Positions 35,616 to 49,170 of a DNA stretch of 64,000 bases are shown piece by piece; within the stretch, counting starts at the first letter, position 1; each line of letters begins with the position of its first letter. This DNA comes from Camelus dromedarius (lineage: Eukaryota). The stretch spans positions 49,726,001 to 49,790,000 of the forward strand of contig NC_087436.1 in the NCBI RefSeq assembly GCF_036321535.1, written 5' to 3'. The notes under the pieces are model-generated. The model saw nothing but the letters and a program-made list of their open reading frames with translations. It did not search any database and was not told the origin of the DNA. Made by a program: the position numbers and the translations under genes.

Positions 35616-38188
35616 TGTGGTATTTTAAATTATTGACCCCAATCCTTCCCTGCATGAGTATTCTGCCATGGCCTCATCAAGAGTGGTATATATTTCTTTG
35701 TTACTGGATTTTAGGCTTAGCTAAGGGACTTCCTTGGTCAATGGCAGGTAGGGGAAGGAATAACACAGTGCCAGTTCCAAGAGTAGGCTGTAGGGGCCTC
35801 AGGTGTTTCCACCATTCTCTTCGGACCTCTGCCACCATCAGAGAAAAGCTTCCCTGTGTAGCTATTATTCCTTCAGCCAGAGCCCTGGGGTGATCACACG
35901 TGGAGTAGACCTGAATGACGGTCAGGATTACCTGGACCTACAGCTCAATGCAGGAGCCACCAGGCCATGCCTTACCTCACATCTCTGAGAATAAATGATT
36001 ATCTTGTTTTGAGCTTCTGAGTTGAAGTTGTTTGTTCAGCAACAACACTGTAGCAATAATTAACTGATACAAACTTGGTACTGGAAGTGGGGTGCAGATG
36101 GAAGTAAAACAAATGAAGTACAAGCCATTGGATTTGAGACTGAGTGGTGGGTGAAGACTGGGAAAATGGCAAGGAATTGAAAAATACCTGGAAAAATAAT
36201 GACTCATGTGGCAAAGAGGCAAAACATTGAGATTTCCACCTCATACAACTTGGATGATAAAAATGGACCTCACCAAACTGTAGACTTGGGCAAGATGATT
36301 TCTAAGCAAACTATAAAAAGGGTGAGCTGTATATTATCTATTTCTAAAAGAGATTGGAAAAGAATTTACCAGTTTGTAAGCAGAATGTTATAAATCCAGA
36401 AATTGTGGGCTTTGAAAGTTAAACCATTCCTCCTCGTCAGTTTTCCAGTCAGTAAAAGATTTTCAGATTAAGGTACAGAGTGGGAGCAAAATTAAATCAG
36501 TATTAGCATACTGCCTGGGACATAGAACAAATCAAAGTTTGGCCTTCAGAACTTTTGTTAAGATTTTGGAAAGTATTAATTTGGTACCTAGTAGATCTCT
36601 TTCAGCTCTAAAAAAAGGGCATCTTTAGGAAGGTTTTCTGGAAAAAGAGCTTGTTGTTTTTTTTCAGCTGTTTATCAATAACATGTAAAAACACTGACAA
36701 TTTTATATAAATCTGGCAAGCTTAATTTTTAACATAATTATTTATTTCAAATTATACAGAAGAATCAGTTTATATATTTCTAGAAGAGTAACATTTTATT
36801 GTTGGTAGATACCTTTTTTGAACCTCAGGAGCAATTTTTTTTTTTAATCACAAAATAAAGCATTTGCTACGTAGGAAGATAGTCACAGTAAGAAAATCTA
36901 CTGGCATAGTCCCACAGAAGCCTCATGGGTCCAAGATTTCAAGTAGGGGGAAAAGTGGACATTTAAGAAACTTGTGTCTGTGTTTTGGGGCCCATGAAAT
37001 ATATTGAAAAAAATAGAGAAAGTGCACGACACTTTTAAGAGATTTGGTTGGCAAAGTACTGAAATCCAGGACTGAGAGAGCTGGACCTGGTGGAAATGTT
37101 GGAAGATCTCTGGGCTCCCAACTGTCTACAGCAGGGAACAGTCTGAGAGAGTTGGTCGGTTTCCATAAAGGGCACTTGAGACAAAATTCTTTTCAGAAAT
37201 GGCCAAAGAGGATAACTGAGGAGAAAGGCCATTCAAGAAGGCAGAACAGCAAACCTGGAGAGTGAGTGATTGGGGAACCATCCCCTGGAAGCAGAATTAG
37301 GATCTTATCTAAGACCACTCCCTATCTCCAAAAAAGGGGTGCCTGGCAGCATTCTCCCAGTGGGATTTCAAAATGTTTATAGTCCAATGCCTACTATAAG
37401 CCTGCATTTCATTCTTCCCTCTTCCCCTTTCAAATAGGAGTGTTTATTGCAATTATTCTTTCACTCTTCCAGTAGTGTCTGTTGTGTTTGGGGGAAGTAA
37501 CTTGCCATTTTAGTTGATAAGTTTCCAGATCAAAAAAGGCCTCATCTGGACTGCTGCTGATGGCAAGATCCTGGATGTTGAGCCTTATGTCACGTGGCAT
37601 GAGACTTCTAATGATTCTGGGAAGAGGGTGAGATTTTTGTTTGTTTCTGGTTTTTTTGTTTTGATTTGTTTTTATATGCGGGATGTTTTGCAAATGAATA
37701 ATTGTGGTCAGAGCAGGGTAGATTGTAGTAGACTGAAACTTTATCTCCAATTTTTCATCCCTTTCCACATCCCTGTTCTTGCCATGACCTTATCTGGAGC
37801 ATGATAATTCTTTCCTATGCCTTGTTTCTGACCTTAGCCATGTGTCTTGCACTGTTCAATTTCTTGTGGAGCAAGCACTGTCCAGTGTGCCTACTCTGAG
37901 CCTAGACCTGAAGTGGCATTATTGTTTCTGTACTAGACCTCTTTGTATATCTGCCATCTCCATGAAAAGAGCATCCTTGCAGCCTCTTCAGCCAGAATGA
38001 ACTAAGCGAACCAAGTCCAACCAGACATACAGATTGAAGCAGAGCCATTTAGTTGGGTCCGATCTAGATTAGTTGATCCCCAGCCTACCTGCAGCTCTTT
38101 GAGAAAGAACAGATTATTGTGTTTTAAGCCACTGAGTTTTGGAATGACTTGTTTAACAGCATTAGTGTGGCAGAATGTAACTGATACA
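35616..38188 (+). mobile_element. Two-LTR MaLR provirus (MLT1 LTR - internal - LTR)
   Basis: 5' LTR 35616-36071 and 3' LTR 37724-38188 both run TG...taactgataca. The internal part begins acttggtactggaagtggggtgc (MaLR internal start) and ends with purine-rich ggtcagagcagggtaga. Confidence 0.7.
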
Positions 38189-38479
38189 TGCTGTATTGGC
38201 ACTCACAAAGGAGGAGAGAGTATGTCTACTAGTGCAGCCACCTGCTTGCCAGTGAGACTGCCCATTTTAGTTTCTGACTCCTGCCCTGTTCATCCTAACC
38301 TTGTTAAACCCTTTCTCATATTCAGATGACCTTAGTTTGCAGTGTTTTGTGCTACAGAGATCTAGAATGAAGTGGACCAACAATATCCCCTGGTTAAGAA
38401 GACACTGTCTTCTAGAAAGCATTCTGAATGAATGGAGATGAAAGATATTTTTTTCCTGTGTGAGAAAAGAGAGTGGAGT

Positions 38480-41203
38480 GATAAATTCAAAGTCCTGAAG
38501 GAAAAAGAAAAACTACCAACCAAGAGCACTCTATCTAGCAAACTTGTCCTTCAGAAATGAAGGAGAGATAAAGACTTTCCAGACAGAAGTGGAGGTAGTT
38601 CGTCACTACTAGAAATGCCTTACAAGAAATAATGAAAGGATTTTTTTCAAGCTGAAATGAAAGGATGCTAATGAGTAACATGAAGACATATGAAAATATA
38701 CATCACATGCTAAAAGTAAATATACAGTCAAAACCAGAATCCTATCATACTGTTATATAGCTACAGTAACTTGTTAATGAATATACATTATAAAAGATCA
38801 TATTGTCTGCAAAGACAGTTTTACTTCTTCCTTTTGATTTGGGTGCCTTTCATTTCTTTTTCTTGCCTGATTGTTCTGGCTAGTATTTTTAAAAAATGCA
38901 CATCTTTTCATGATGAAAACTCAACAAATTGGGTATAAAAGGAACATACTTCAACATAAAAAAGGCCATATATGACAAACTGACAGCTAACATCAACAGT
39001 GAAGGGTTAAAAGCTTTTTTTCTAAAATCAGCAATAGGACAAGGGTCCCTACTCTCACCACTGCTATTCAACATCGTAATGGAAATCCTAGCCAGAATAA
39101 TCAGGCAAGGAAAAGTAAATGAAAGGCATTCAAATCAAAAAGAAGTAAAATTGTCTGTTTGCAGGCAATATGACCTTATAGATAGAAAATCCTAAAGACT
39201 CTGTAAAAAAAAAAAACCTGTTATAACTAATTACAGGATAATAATCATCATAAGAAATCAGTTGCATTTTTGTAAACAGTGAACTATCTGAAAAAGATAT
39301 AAAGAAAATCTCATTCACAAAAGCATAAAAACAATAAAATATTTAAGAATAAATTTAGCCAAGAAGATAAAAGACTGTACACTGAAAACTAAAATTTTGA
39401 TTAAAGAAATTGAAGAAAACACAAATACATGAAAAGATATGTGTTGTTCATGGATTGGAAGACTTAATATAGTTAAAATATCCATTCTACCCAAAGCCAT
39501 CTATAGATTCAAAGCAATCCTTATCAAAATCAAATTCATTTTTCGCAGATAAAAATAAAAATCCCTAAATTTATATGGAACCACAAAAGACCCTGTATAA
39601 CCAAAGCAATCATGAGAAAGGACAATCCTGGAGACCTCACACTTCTTGGTTTCAAACTACTACAAATCTGTAGTAATCAAAACAGTATGGTTCTAGCATA
39701 AAAATGGATGCATAGACCAATGGAACAGAATTAAGAGCCCAGAAATAAACCCTCACATATATAGTCAACTAATATTTGACAAGAGAGCCAAGAATACCCA
39801 ATGGAGAGAGGATAGTCTCTTCAATAAATGATTTTGCGAAAACTCAATAATCATATGCAGATTGATTGGATCCAATGAAATTGGATCTCTATCTTACATT
39901 ACTCACAAAAAATTAACTCGAAATAGATTAAAGACTTAAACATAAGACCTGAAACCATAAAACTCCTAGAAGAAAGGGAAAATGCTCCTTGACATTAGTC
40001 CTGGCAACAATACGTTGTATATAACATCAAAAGTGCAGGCAACAAAAGCATAAACAAACATGACTACATCAAACTAAAAAGCTCCTTCACAGTGAAGGAA
40101 ACAATCACCACAATGAAAAGGCAACCTATGGAATGGGAGAAAAAAATCTGTAAATCAGATATGTGATAAGCAGGTAATATCCAAACTGTTAGGAACTCAT
40201 ATAACTCAATAGCAAAAAAAAAAAAAAAAAAAAAAAAACAAAACTGATTTAAAAACAGGCAGAGGAACTGAACAGACATTTTCCCAAAGATGACATACAA
40301 ATGTCCAATAGGCACATGAAAACATGCTTAACATCATTAATCATCAGGGAAATGCAAATCCATATCACCTCATACCTGTTAGAACTGTTATTATCAAAAA
40401 GACAAGAGATAACAAATGTTGGCAAGGCTGTAGGGGAAAGGGAGATCATGTGCATTGTTGGTGGGAGGGTAAGTCGGTACAGCCATAATGGAAAACACTA
40501 TGGAGGTCCGCAAAAAATTAAAAGTTGAACTACCATGTGACCCAGCAATCCTACTACTTGGATATATACTTTGACATATGAAATGAAGTCAGTGTCTTGA
40601 AGAGATATCTGTATTCTTGTATTCACTGCAGCATTATTTACACTATCCAACGTATGGAAACAACCTAAGTGGCTGTCAACAGATGAACAGTTAAAAAAGA
40701 TTAGGTATGTGTATACAATGTAATATTGTTTGGCTACGAGAATAAAGGAAACCCTGACATGTGAATGGACCTTGAAGGCATTATGCTAAGTGAAATAAGT
40801 CAGAGAGAGAAAATACCATATGATCTCACTTTTAGGTTGAATTTTTTAAAGGTTAACTCAGAAACAGAGGCTAGAATGGTGGTTGCTAAGGGCAGGGCAT
40901 GGGGGAAATGGAGAGATGTTGGACAAACTTCCAATTGTAAGAATAAGTTCTGAGGATCTCATGTATAGCATGGTGACTAGTTAACAATGTTATGTTACAC
41001 ACATGAAAGTTGCTAACAGAGTGGATTTTAAACGGTCTCACAACAAAAAAGAAATGGAAATTATGTGAGGGGATGGAGGTGTTAACAAATCCTACTGTAG
41101 TAATCATTTTGCAATATATGTATCAAATCATCACATTGCACACCTTAAACTTACACAATGTTGTATGTCAAGTATATCTCAATAAAGCTGAGAAAATAAA
41201 ATG
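38480..41203 (+). mobile_element. Old rearranged L1 (L1MA9-like): ORF1 end, inverted RT piece, ORF2 3' half, 3' UTR
   Basis: ORF1 C-terminus (FKVLKEK...LYLANLSFRNEGEIKTF) at 38480-38640. ORF2 RT motifs in ORF 38929-39195 ([26 protein letters not shown]). 3' end tatatctcaataaagctg ~41173-41190. Confidence 0.92.
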
Positions 41204-41249
41204 AGGCATGAAATAGGTACAATTTATCATTATTTCTTTCACTGCACTG

Positions 41250-41690
41250 TGCAGTAAATCTGTTTGCCCAACTAGATACACTATCCACCTTTATCCATGT
41301 TGCTCTCTGCCCTAAGTGTTAACCTATATGGATTACCTTGTGTGGTCCCCAGCCCTCTGGCTTCTGGTGGTGTTCTCCCAATAAGGAGCCCTGGCAGGAG
41401 ATCAGGGATGGGGAGGAGACTGAGATCAGGGTACTTATTCTTCTGGCTCCTTCTGTTCAGGGTCACCATGGGTTGGCAACTTTCCTAAGTGAAGAAGTCA
41501 CAGATCCTCTCTTGGCAGTGCTCCTTGCCTGACCTGCCTGTTCCTGCTAAGTTCCTGTAAGAGCTACCTCTCCTCAGGTCCCCAGGGAGGTAATATCATT
41601 CTCAGGGATGACCTTCTGGCTTGTGATTTCCCTATACCCTGTCCTTTATATGGTCATCCCAATTCAGTGCTGGAACCTTGATGGAAACAC
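41250..41690 (+). mobile_element. LTR33-like ERVL solo LTR
   Basis: tgcagtaaatctgtttgcc...gccctctggcttctggt...ggcaggagatcaggg...tcagggtacttatt. Confidence 0.65.
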
Positions 41691-44600
41691 AAATAATCAG
41701 ATCCACATAATATAAATCATGGCTAGTTGATCTCACCTGAAATAATCAGAAAACAATAGTGTATAAAGATAACACATTTCTTAAAAATTGTGACTCCTCA
41801 GCATTTCCACATATACTGTCATAACATAAGTATTAATTAGATACACTTGTGTCTCTAGTTTTAATTTATGATATCTAAAACTCTAATATTGATAATAGTT
41901 TTATACAAATCAGGCACATTTAATTTTGAGACATTTTAAACTATATGAAAGCAATCAAGTTATACATTTTGGAGAACAAATGTTGCTATTTGTGATAGCA
42001 TGTTTTGATTTTTGACCCCCGGGGCAATTTTTCCTTTTATCATACAACTAAAGGGTTATATAGAAAGTTAGTCATGTTATCTGGAAATATGTCTAAGTTG
42101 AGAAAGCATTGAATACATTAAAACATTAGCAGGATTCATCCATCTGTTTGGGGGTCACACATTTATGTTTCATTACTCGTGACTCAAGTCAGATTCTTTA
42201 GAGCTCTGTTCTCAGCCAATGCTGGAAAAGCGTTGGTGTGTATTATCACCAGAAACCTGTGCCTCACATTAAAGCTATGGCAATCTGGCCACGTTACAGC
42301 ATGAAGCTGGCCGTGCACAACTGAAATGGATCCATCTAACTTTTTAAGAGAAGAAGTCGATATCCACTTAGGGTGTTCTTACAAAATGTAAATTGACCGA
42401 TGTGGGGACCTCAGCATGAATCCCCTGATTTTACTTGATGACATTTAACACCATCCCTTCCTAAAGAAAGGAATAAAGCAGGATGAAGCTAAATTGCTAA
42501 CTTTAGAAAAGAGAGAACATTTATAGAAAATATAGTGTATTTTAAGATAAACTGATAACTGCTGTCACTCAGAATTATAGAAATTCTGTATGCTTCCATT
42601 TGAGAAAAAGGAGCCCAAATATTTATGTTGAGTAAAACTGTGGTGTCTCACACACACATACACACAGAGTGGTTACAAGACATGATTCGTTCTTTCCATT
42701 GAAAACATTGGTTAAGTTTTTTCTGAGGCCTGGACTGCAGTGCTAGCTCTGTAGCTGCCCATGATGCTGTATGTTTGAACCACTAATTTTAACAGGCTGA
42801 GATGGAGGGGAATATAGTAGAACTGAAAAACTGAAAAGCAGAGGATGGAGGATGAGATCAGCTAGTTTTATTTCCTTTCCCAGTTCCTTCACAGAGAGTC
42901 TGGCTAAGGGGTCACCTTCCATGAGACCTCAAAGACAAAATAAGACCCTGTATCTCAGCACCGTATCAAGACCTCATCGTGAAAAAGCGATTCAGATCTA
43001 AATTGTAGAAAACAAGGCCTATGCAGTAATAAAAGTGTCCAAGGATCCAAAAGTATGCATTGAAAATAATAAAAGAACGTTATAAAGATCCTGTAGGAGG
43101 ATACCCACCAACAAAGGAAACCTAAAGTTTAGCTTAGACATGAGGTAAAATTCAGAGTAATTCAGTTTACCACATAGCATCTTTGACTCTTTTCTACTTT
43201 ACCAATCAGTCACCAAAAACTAATGGTTTTCACAGCCTAAATGCCTCATCAGTCTATTCCTCCCTTTCCATTTCCATGACCACTACTCAGCCTTTTGGCC
43301 AAATACCTGTGTACAGGATAGTAAGCCCCTACATTAACCCTCCAGTCTCAGAACTTTCTCTCTCCAGTCCCTGCATCACGACTAGATAACTTATTGCTAG
43401 CACTCAGCTTCTAACCTGTCTCTACCTTGCTTTAAATCTTTAAGGATACTGGAAAGTAAAGTCCAAACCCTTTTACTAGCTATGCAAATCCAGCACAACT
43501 TAAAATTTTAAAACCTAATGGAGCCATGAATAAAAGTAATCTTATTACGACCATTAAAATCTAGACCTACTTAACAATTTACAAATTGTATTCACACACA
43601 TAATCGCATTATACCCTCTAAACAACCTTGTAGAAAGGTGATATTTACTATGAATATCATTATTACCATGTTTAGATACTTGGGCATGAATGGTTTTTAT
43701 CTCTGTGCCTTGTGCTGGCATGAAGGGAGACAGTAAAATAGGAAAGTGGCAAAGAAAAGGAGCTGAGACAGGCTTTTCAAAGCAGCCTGATATCTAGGGC
43801 AGGGCTGCTCTGTGTGGTCAAAGACACCAACTTCCCGGCATCTGAAGAGCAAGAGAAGCAAGTGTTTGACCGTCTTGGGACAAGTTGGCCTCTGTAGGGG
43901 AAGAAGTGCCTTTGCTATTAGGGATAAGCAATTTGCTAGAAAGAAGTTGGCACTATAAGGTTTTAATGCTCCTGGCGTGGTGCTGTTGGTGCATGGTGGT
44001 GTGGGTGTGTGTTTGTGTGAGAATCACAAGAAGAGAAGTGGAATTTAGGGAGGGGATTAGGGAAGTGACTTACCAGCCCTGTGTCCTGTTACTTCCTGAC
44101 TAAAAGACCTCCACCCATTCAGATTGGGCTCCACAGCTGACCATCCAAATGCCTTGCTCCTCAAGTCTCCTTGCCTTTTTCTTATGTTACATAAAGGATT
44201 AGGGTTCATCTTAGATTATATTTACTCAGGGTACCTAAAAAAGGAATTTAAGAATACTCATAAGTGAAAATTGGCCAAAAAAAAATATACTGGATAAAAG
44301 ATCTAAAGAAAAGCTTGTCTTTATGTTTTTCTCATGTTGTACTGCCTTTCCCTGTATATAAGTTCAATAGTTCTTGCTACCCACTGACGGTTCCCCCTAC
44401 ATAGTCCATAGTCTGAATCCAAATAGTTGGCTTAGTTAGTTACCAGTGTTAATTAATTGCTGGCAGAGCGCTTCATGCAAAGTCTGTCCATGGGTTACTG
44501 ACAAGATTGTCGATCCCACTTTTGTATCAAGTACCTGCCCTTAGTCCAATAAGTAATTTTAATAAGGCTTTGGGGTGCAACAGTTAAAGCTAGGGGGAGA

Positions 44601-44827
44601 TAAACAGGACAGCCATCACGAGTGACATGCCCAGTAAACGGCCCCTCCTGTAATGCCTCCTCTTTCCTTTCTACTGACGCATATTTCACGAATCCTTCAA
44701 AGAACAGCTCTTATCTTTATTTCCTTCATAAAACTCTCTCAACTAGTCCAGGTCCCAGCATGCTGCAGTGGCAAAGATGTGAGGTTTGCCCTCACACGGA
44801 TCTCACAATCAACACAGACCTTAGCCA

Positions 44828-45016
44828 GGTGCTCTCCAGACTTCAAGGTGAAGGTGCATTTAGAATCACCTAGAAAGCTGATTGAAACACAAATTTCTGA
44901 ACATAAGTCCCAAGGGTCTGATTCCACAGGTCTGGGTTGGGCCTCGGAATTTGCATTTTTAAACAAGCTCCCAAGTGATGCTCATGCTGCTTGTCCATGG
45001 AATAGACTTCAAGTAC
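44828..45016. mobile_element. MER5A-like hAT DNA transposon
   Basis: ttagaatcacctagaaagct...tctgattccacaggtctgggttgggcctcggaatttgcatttttaaacaagctcccaagtgatgct. Confidence 0.8.
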
Positions 45017-45399
45017 AGCTGCCTTACTTCACTCACCTCCTGACTACATGGGTTTGGACATGTTCCTTCACCTCCATCTGTAAAATGAGGGGTGCTCATA
45101 ATATTTCATTAGACTGTCATGCAATTTGTATGAATCAAAATAGTTTCTGTGTTTAACGTATACGGGCAATAAAAACTAACCTGTCCCCCTTCCCTTTCTC
45201 TGATCTTTCTCATTTATTCCATTAACAGTGATAATTCAGTATCTGTTATATGGTACTTCCTTAAAATTAATTGAACACAGATATAAATTTAGATGGTGGT
45301 GCATTGTAGCTCTCCAGTTAGATTCCGAGTCATCGAGAGAGGTGACCTAGCCCCCACAGCGCTCTACACAGCTCGCGCTTCCGGCCCCCTGGAGAGGCA

Positions 45400-45648
45400 G
45401 TGCGGCCACAGGGTGAGGAGCAGAAGCGCGCGCTGAAGAACTTCAGTTGGAGTTCTGCCACTTAGAATCTGTGTGACTTCAGGCAAGTTGTTTAGCTTCT
45501 TTCTTCCTCTGTAAATAAGGAGTAATCATACGAGTTTCCTCAAAAGTGTGATGTAGTAAATGAGACAATATGTATAAAACACTTGAAAAGCACATTTTTC
45601 ACTACTTCACACATAGTAAGAACTATATAAGTGCTAGTTGTTATTATT
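45400..45648 (+). mobile_element. MIR
   Basis: tctgccacttagaatctgtgtgacttcaggcaagttgttta...ctctgtaaaataaggagtaat...cacatagtaagaact. Confidence 0.75.
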
Positions 45649-46538
45649 GAATTCATTGTGCAATTTCTCCTAGTAGAAAGATCAAACATTTTTTAAAATG
45701 TGAATAAAAGTTGGACATTAAGATAGCATAAAATGCATTACTAAAATACAAGCATTTTTTATTTTTAAGTCTTACAAATTTCAGATTTCAGGTTATCCTG
45801 GGTTCTTTGTTCATAGATACAAATCCACATACATATATTCACAAAATATATGATAACTACTGCCACATTTTAAAGATAGCTGTAAATGTTTCAATCTCCT
45901 TCAAATTTACATGAGCTGCAGGTGTCAGAGATGACCCCATCATCCTTCTTTCACCCATGGGACACAGCTACTTTGGTAAACACATTTCTTGAACATGTGC
46001 TTTCTACACGTTATAAAAAGTGGCCTTGGGATATGGCTAAGAAAGAAAGCCTGTGTGCAAAGCTGTGGACTATTGAATCAGCTATGGTATAAACATAATA
46101 AACATAACGAGTAAAGCATTAAAATAAACCTAGAGCAATAGCATTTTCTTCATTGTTTTATAACTGTTCACTTGTTTCTCTCCCTGCTAAAATGTCACCT
46201 ACTTGATCATAAACATTTTGCTCTTTCCAAAAGCCAGGGAGGGTGTGGATATCACAACAGGAAGAGGACAATCTGTAGAGTCAGACTGCTGTAACTCCAA
46301 GTTAGAACTTCTTCAAACCAGCTGTGTACACGTGGGAAAGATCAAAGAGTGGAAATAAAACTTGTTGATAGTATCGCTTACCGTGAAGTATCACAGTAAA
46401 GATGATATTTGATAATACACGTAAAAGCACTTGGCTTAAAGTACATATTCAATTCATAGTTAGTATTTATTCTTCTTTCTTGTGTTCTTGGCATCTACCA
46501 TGGTGAGTAATATAGCCTAGGCACTTGAAAATATTTCT

Positions 46539-46739
46539 CATATAAAATAAACAACAAGTTTCTACTTTATATCACAGGGAACTATATTCAATATCTTGTA
46601 GTAACCCATAATGAAAAGGAATTTGAAAAGGAATATATGTATGTATATGGATGACTGAAACATTATGCTGTACACCAGAAATTGATGCAGCATTGTAAAT
46701 TGACTATACTTCAATACAAAAACAGTAATAATTAAAAAA
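46539..46739 (+). mobile_element. Young L1 3' end with TSD
   Basis: Same 3' UTR as the 14.1 and 21.0 kb copies. TSD gaaaat(a/g)tttct at 46527-46538 and 46740-46751. Confidence 0.9.
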
Positions 46740-47989
46740 GAAAATGTTTCTTGCAATAATCAATGTATGAATTCAGCAGCTTGGTGGTGCTTCATTTTCA
46801 ATGCTGATTAATTTCAGATCACAGATCAGCGTGTTCAGTAGCACTAAGTCACTAAGTTACGGCTCTCCCCACATTTTCCCTCAAAAATTATGACGATTGT
46901 AGGTCACTCAGTGCATTAAGTAAATAACCAAATTACTCTGTGGGTTAGCTCAACCCAAGGACTCAACCACATGAGATAAGAAATTCAAACTCAACTCTCC
47001 CTTTTGCCTCTCCCCGAATTATCTTCCTCTTCTGTTTTGCTTGTCTCCATGGAAGGCCATAAAAGTTACTTTATTGCAATAGGATAAACCCCATCTAAAA
47101 GCAACTGTCTGAGGGAATTCCAAAATAGCATGTTCTGGGATGAGCGTAATTGTTGGTTATGATTCTTTGGACAAGTTATTTAAAACATTTCCAGACCTCA
47201 GGTTTCACAGAGTCTAATAGGAATGCTAATACTCACTAAACTGTGCTGTAATGAGATTTACATGTCTGTCTAGCCCTTTTCCTGGCTATTTTTATTCACT
47301 AGAGCCCACAGTTGAAGATGCCTTGATTATCCTAATTCCTTCTGTTTATATAGTCAAAATATTTATCAGTGTGGATTTCTTCTTATGTGAGGCTCCTGTT
47401 CAGACAGTTTCACTTATTGCCTTGTCGATAGGCAGGGTGGGAGTGGCAGTCGCAGCTATCTGTACACTGGAAGTCACACTTTTCCTACAGTGTAGACCTG
47501 GGACTGGAAAACAGCTGCCCAGCCAAGGCAATATTCCTTTAGGTGTGGCCGTGTGACTAGCTCTCTCCAAAGGGATGTATGCCAAGATGGTTATCAGTGG
47601 GCAAGCCTTCTCCACTCTCTCTTCCCCGCCTGCCGGTTGGATGCAGAGGACTTCAGGCCCCAGGAGATGGTAGAGACATAATCCTCGTAAACCTGGATGC
47701 CTGTGTAGGGAAAAGCCTCTGGCCGAAAGGGAACAATTGCACCAAACTATTACATGAATGAGAAGGAAATTTCTGTTGTGTTAAGGGACTAATACTGGGG
47801 GATTTATTTGTTAGAGTACCTAGCATTACCTAAAGAAATACAGTAGAGAAATGAATTTTTCGTAGAATGGCTATGGGGTTCTCTGTACATAAGCCTGGCA
47901 GAAGACTTCACACTGAGAAAAAAGTAATAAACTGTTACATAAGTTGTAAGTGGAAGTTATACATTTCTAACCTTCAAGTTATATGGGGT

Positions 47990-48180
47990 CTGCAGAGATG
48001 TTTAATTTGGCCTGCAATCTTTTCAATTAGCTGCCAATGTTTTCTAGACAGCAGATTTTATGTAAAAATCTGAATGTTCAGCTTCTTGTGAAAATTTGGA
48101 AAGTTTTTGACCATACTACATCCGTGCTCCTACAATATGCCAACTGACCATAGGCGAGGAGCAGGTGGCCAGAAGGTTCC
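47990..48180. mobile_element. MER103-like DNA transposon fragment
   Basis: gattttatgtaaaaatctgaatgttcagcttcttgtgaaaatttggaaag resembles recalled MER103. Confidence 0.55.
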
Positions 48181-48231
48181 CACCATTCCTGGAATCTTGT
48201 CAGCTATTCTTGTGTCTCAGCTTATAGATTC

Positions 48232-48665
48232 CATCAGTCAGAGTCTAACCAGGAATAGAGAAACCAGAACTGTAACATAGGAAACTAGTGACACAGGTGA
48301 TGGAGTAGAGGAGAGAATCATGGAAATGTGAAGCAAACCAGAGACTGACATAGCAAGGAGCTGTTTCTACCACTTGGCTGGAGAGAAAAAGGAGAGAGTG
48401 TTGTAGGAGCCCAGGGGCCATGGCTACTCACAGGTACTGGAACCATAGGAGAAGCTGCTGTTGCTGGAGAAGCTGTTAGAGGCAAAGAGGGCGGGGATAA
48501 CTTGGCTTCCCTCTTTACCTTTGCCTTCTGGCCCACTGTTGACTTCACCTTGCAGGAAGCCAGCTGACCGAGGAGACTGGGGAATGCATCCTGCAGGGAT
48601 GAACCCTTCTATGGTACAGAGCAGAGCAAGGAAAGGAAGGCCTAGATATCTGAAGGCAAACAAGC
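48232..48665 (-). mobile_element. ERVL-class LTR
   Basis: atcagtcagagtctaaccaggaatagagaaacca...ggaagccagctgacc...acagagcagagcaaggaaagg. Confidence 0.5.
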
Positions 48666-48929
48666 CTGGAACCTGGATATACATCTGCTTTAATCATTTA
48701 TGTTGTCTGCCTGACCCCTGTCAATATTTCAGTGTATCATGTCTTTATAGGGTGAGAAGGTATGCCTTTCAGTTTCTTCTCGGAGAAGTAGCAACTTATC
48801 CACTTCTTTTACTGTCTTATTTCAATGCAGCAGTATTGATGAAACCACTTTATTTCTTACTTTAAATTGCATTTTTCTATGTCATGAGAAAACTTTCCCT
48901 AATCTCAAGAGTTATGTTGGGGTAAGATC

Positions 48930-49170
48930 AATAATATGTACAATAATGACTATCACTTACTAAACACACAGTACGTATCAGGCCCTGTATTGTGTGGCTG
49001 ATCATGACAACAGTATTGCAAGGTAAGTTATTATTTCCCTCATTTTGCTGAAGACAAACCTGAATCCCAGGTAGGTTAAGGAAATTTCCAATGTCATATA
49101 GCTGACAAATAGCAGAACAGAATTCCAACTGAGGTCAACTAGACCACTATAGACACTGGTTATTTCCATT
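48930..49170 (-). mobile_element. MIR
   Basis: ggtaagttattatttccctcattttgctgaagacaaacctga...ggttaaggaaattt. Confidence 0.65.

Noticed and set aside
44653..45156. 167-aa ORF, the longest in the window
   Set aside because: Runs through MER5A and a MIR-like fragment, so it is probably a chance frame.
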